Origin: a bacterium
GTDB taxonomy: Bacteria; Patescibacteriota; Saccharimonadia; UBA4664
DNA: 64,000 bases
Direction: 5' to 3'
Assembly (NCBI GenBank): GCA_016699105.1
Contig: CP064960.1
Span: forward strand, 72,727-136,726
This document shows positions 62,885-64,000 of the stretch, in pieces; position 1 is the first letter of the stretch, and each line of letters opens with the position of its first letter. The translations under genes and the position numbers were made by a program. Under the pieces are notes generated by a model that was given only the letters and a program-made list of their open reading frames with translations, made no database searches and was not told the DNA's origin.

Positions 62885-63839
62885 CGAAATAGTTACCTTG
62901 CCAGGTGGCTCCACTAATACTAACCGGACCGTACCCAGCGTTGCGGGTGAAGCGGTTATTTCGAAATACCGTTGATGAAGCAACTTGGCCGGCGTTGATT
63001 GTCCAACCGCCGCCGTCAAATAGGTTGTTCTCAACCAGCCAATTGGAAATACCCTGCCCACTTTCATTGCCCATCTGGATACAGGCATTGGCGCCGTTGG
63101 TGGTACTTAGCTTACAGGTTGTGTGTCTGATTGTGACATTGTTGCCACCGGTCGTCTGAATACCATCGTTGTGGGTGTCATTGCCAACCGATAGGTTGTG
63201 GACATAACTATCTTCTATGAGCACATCACCGTCAGCTTTGATGCCATCGGCGGCACCATAAATCTCGACCCGCCGCAGCGTGTAGTTGGCAAAGCTGATA
63301 CCGGCTGTGACATTGCTATTGGTGCCAATAATTTCGCTGTCTTCAATAAGTAAGCCGGTATTGTCATTATCGAAATAGCGGATGGGATAGTAATCTCCCG
63401 AAGTGATTCTGGTGTTTTTGATAGTGACATTATTAGCCCGAATGATGACTTCGCCGTTAATATTGAGCCCATTAATGACGGTGCCGTTTTGCGTAATGGT
63501 AATTGATGAACTGGGCGTGAGCGAGACACCGGCCGGCACTCCGGTATTGGTTTCGTCGGGGTATCCACATACGTGGGGCGAGGCAATGCAGTTATATTGT
63601 GCTGCAGGCGTACCAGTTGGTGTGGGCGTGGCAGCGGTTGCGAACCTGACGACACCACTGCCCGATGCTCCGGTGGCAGATTGGACGGTGGCGCCAGCAG
63701 TCAGCGTGCCAGTCTCGGGTTCAAAGGCCGCCATTGGACCGGCGGCAAATGACTGGACGACCATATAGCCCAATAGTACTGTGCCTATCAGGAGCACTAC
63801 GGCGGCGGCACGGAATTGAGTGTTGTATTTCATTTGCAT
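62856..63839 (-). CDS. Secreted right-handed parallel beta-helix (pectate-lyase-fold) protein with the shared leader module.
   Basis: The leader is MQMKYNTQFRAAAVVLLIGTVLLGYMVVQSFAAGPMAAFEPETGTLTAGATVQSATGASGSGVVRFA. Repeated beta-helix rungs follow (NNVTIKNTRI, LLIEDSEIIG, VLIEDSYVHN, NNVTIRHTTC). Confidence 0.6.
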   Translation of the reverse strand: MQMKYNTQFRAAAVVLLIGTVLLGYMVVQSFAAGPMAAFEPETGTLTAGATVQSATGASGSGVVRFATAATPTPTGTPAAQYNCIASPHVCGYPDETNTGVPAGVSLTPSSSITITQNGTVINGLNINGEVIIRANNVTIKNTRITSGDYYPIRYFDNDNTGLLIEDSEIIGTNSNVTAGISFANYTLRRVEIYGAADGIKADGDVLIEDSYVHNLSVGNDTHNDGIQTTGGNNVTIRHTTCKLSTTNGANACIQMGNESGQGISNWLVENNLFDGGGWTINAGQVASSTVFRNNRFTRNAGYGPVSISGATWQGNYFDDNGAQINP

Positions 63840-63844
63840 TTCGT

Positions 63845-64000
63845 CATCCCGTCCAGTGGCCTAATAGTATTGAAAGATCGAAGATGTTGACAGTGCCGTC
63901 GTGATTTAAGTCTGATGAGGCGGTAGCCGTACCCCATTTGGTTAACAGCGCTGATAAGTCAAAAACGTTGACTTTGCTGTCGCCGTTGATATCGCCGGCT
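63845..64000 (-). CDS. C-terminal end of a dockerin-domain protein (partial; it continues beyond the window).
   Basis: The minus-strand translation is ...AGDINGDSKVNVFDLSALLTKWGTATASSDLNHDGTVNIFDLSILLGHWTG*. This gives two dockerin type-I-like Ca-binding repeats. Confidence 0.5.

Overview
This 64-kb window is a chromosomal segment of medium GC (about 50%) with housekeeping genes plus several accessory patches. Gene content suggests a reduced-genome, monoderm-like lineage (Saccharibacteria/CPR-like); this is an inference from content only. Recognisable genes include rny, tsaB/tsaE, ruvB/ruvA/ruvC, yebC, dnaK, dnaJ, hup and comEC. There is a glycogen/glycan block (glgA, glgP, a GT4 transferase and a large uncharacterised enzyme). 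A complete type IV pilus locus is present: pilB, pilC, major pilin, a 458-aa pilin-like protein, two minor pilins, pilM, pilN and pilO, with no secretin. Five tRNAs are present: His, Pro, Gly, Arg and Lys. Two IS elements are present: an intact IS982-family element with inverted repeats, and a degraded IS481-like transposase. Many conserved genes (MFS pump, hpt, hup, pilB, ruvB, DUF2207, GT4, an alpha/beta hydrolase, GH16, comEC) are split by single frameshifts. The four junctions I inspected (pilB x3, ruvB) sit in short homopolymers, so most are probably sequencing or assembly indels rather than true pseudogenes. An LTA-synthase/sulfatase-like gene is broken into at least 5 pieces and may be genuinely dead. 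The points most worth a second look are: (1) a 3-prime tandem array of five minus-strand secreted proteins (GH16, two paralogs of an unknown family, a beta-helix protein, a dockerin protein). Four of them share a near-identical N-terminal signal-anchor plus a conserved AAGP-AAFEPE-G module, encoded by ~130-nt near-identical DNA repeats. (2) A 66-nt direct repeat of the 3-prime half of tRNA-Arg plus the adjacent hup 3-prime end, bracketing a ~590-bp AT-rich insert (an integration scar). (3) Three high-GC islets carrying broken or small ORFs, which may be foreign DNA. (4) An adjacent alpha/alpha-toroid surface protein plus a DUF4430-like protein, which together resemble a split transcobalamin-like architecture. 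No CRISPR array or rRNA was seen.
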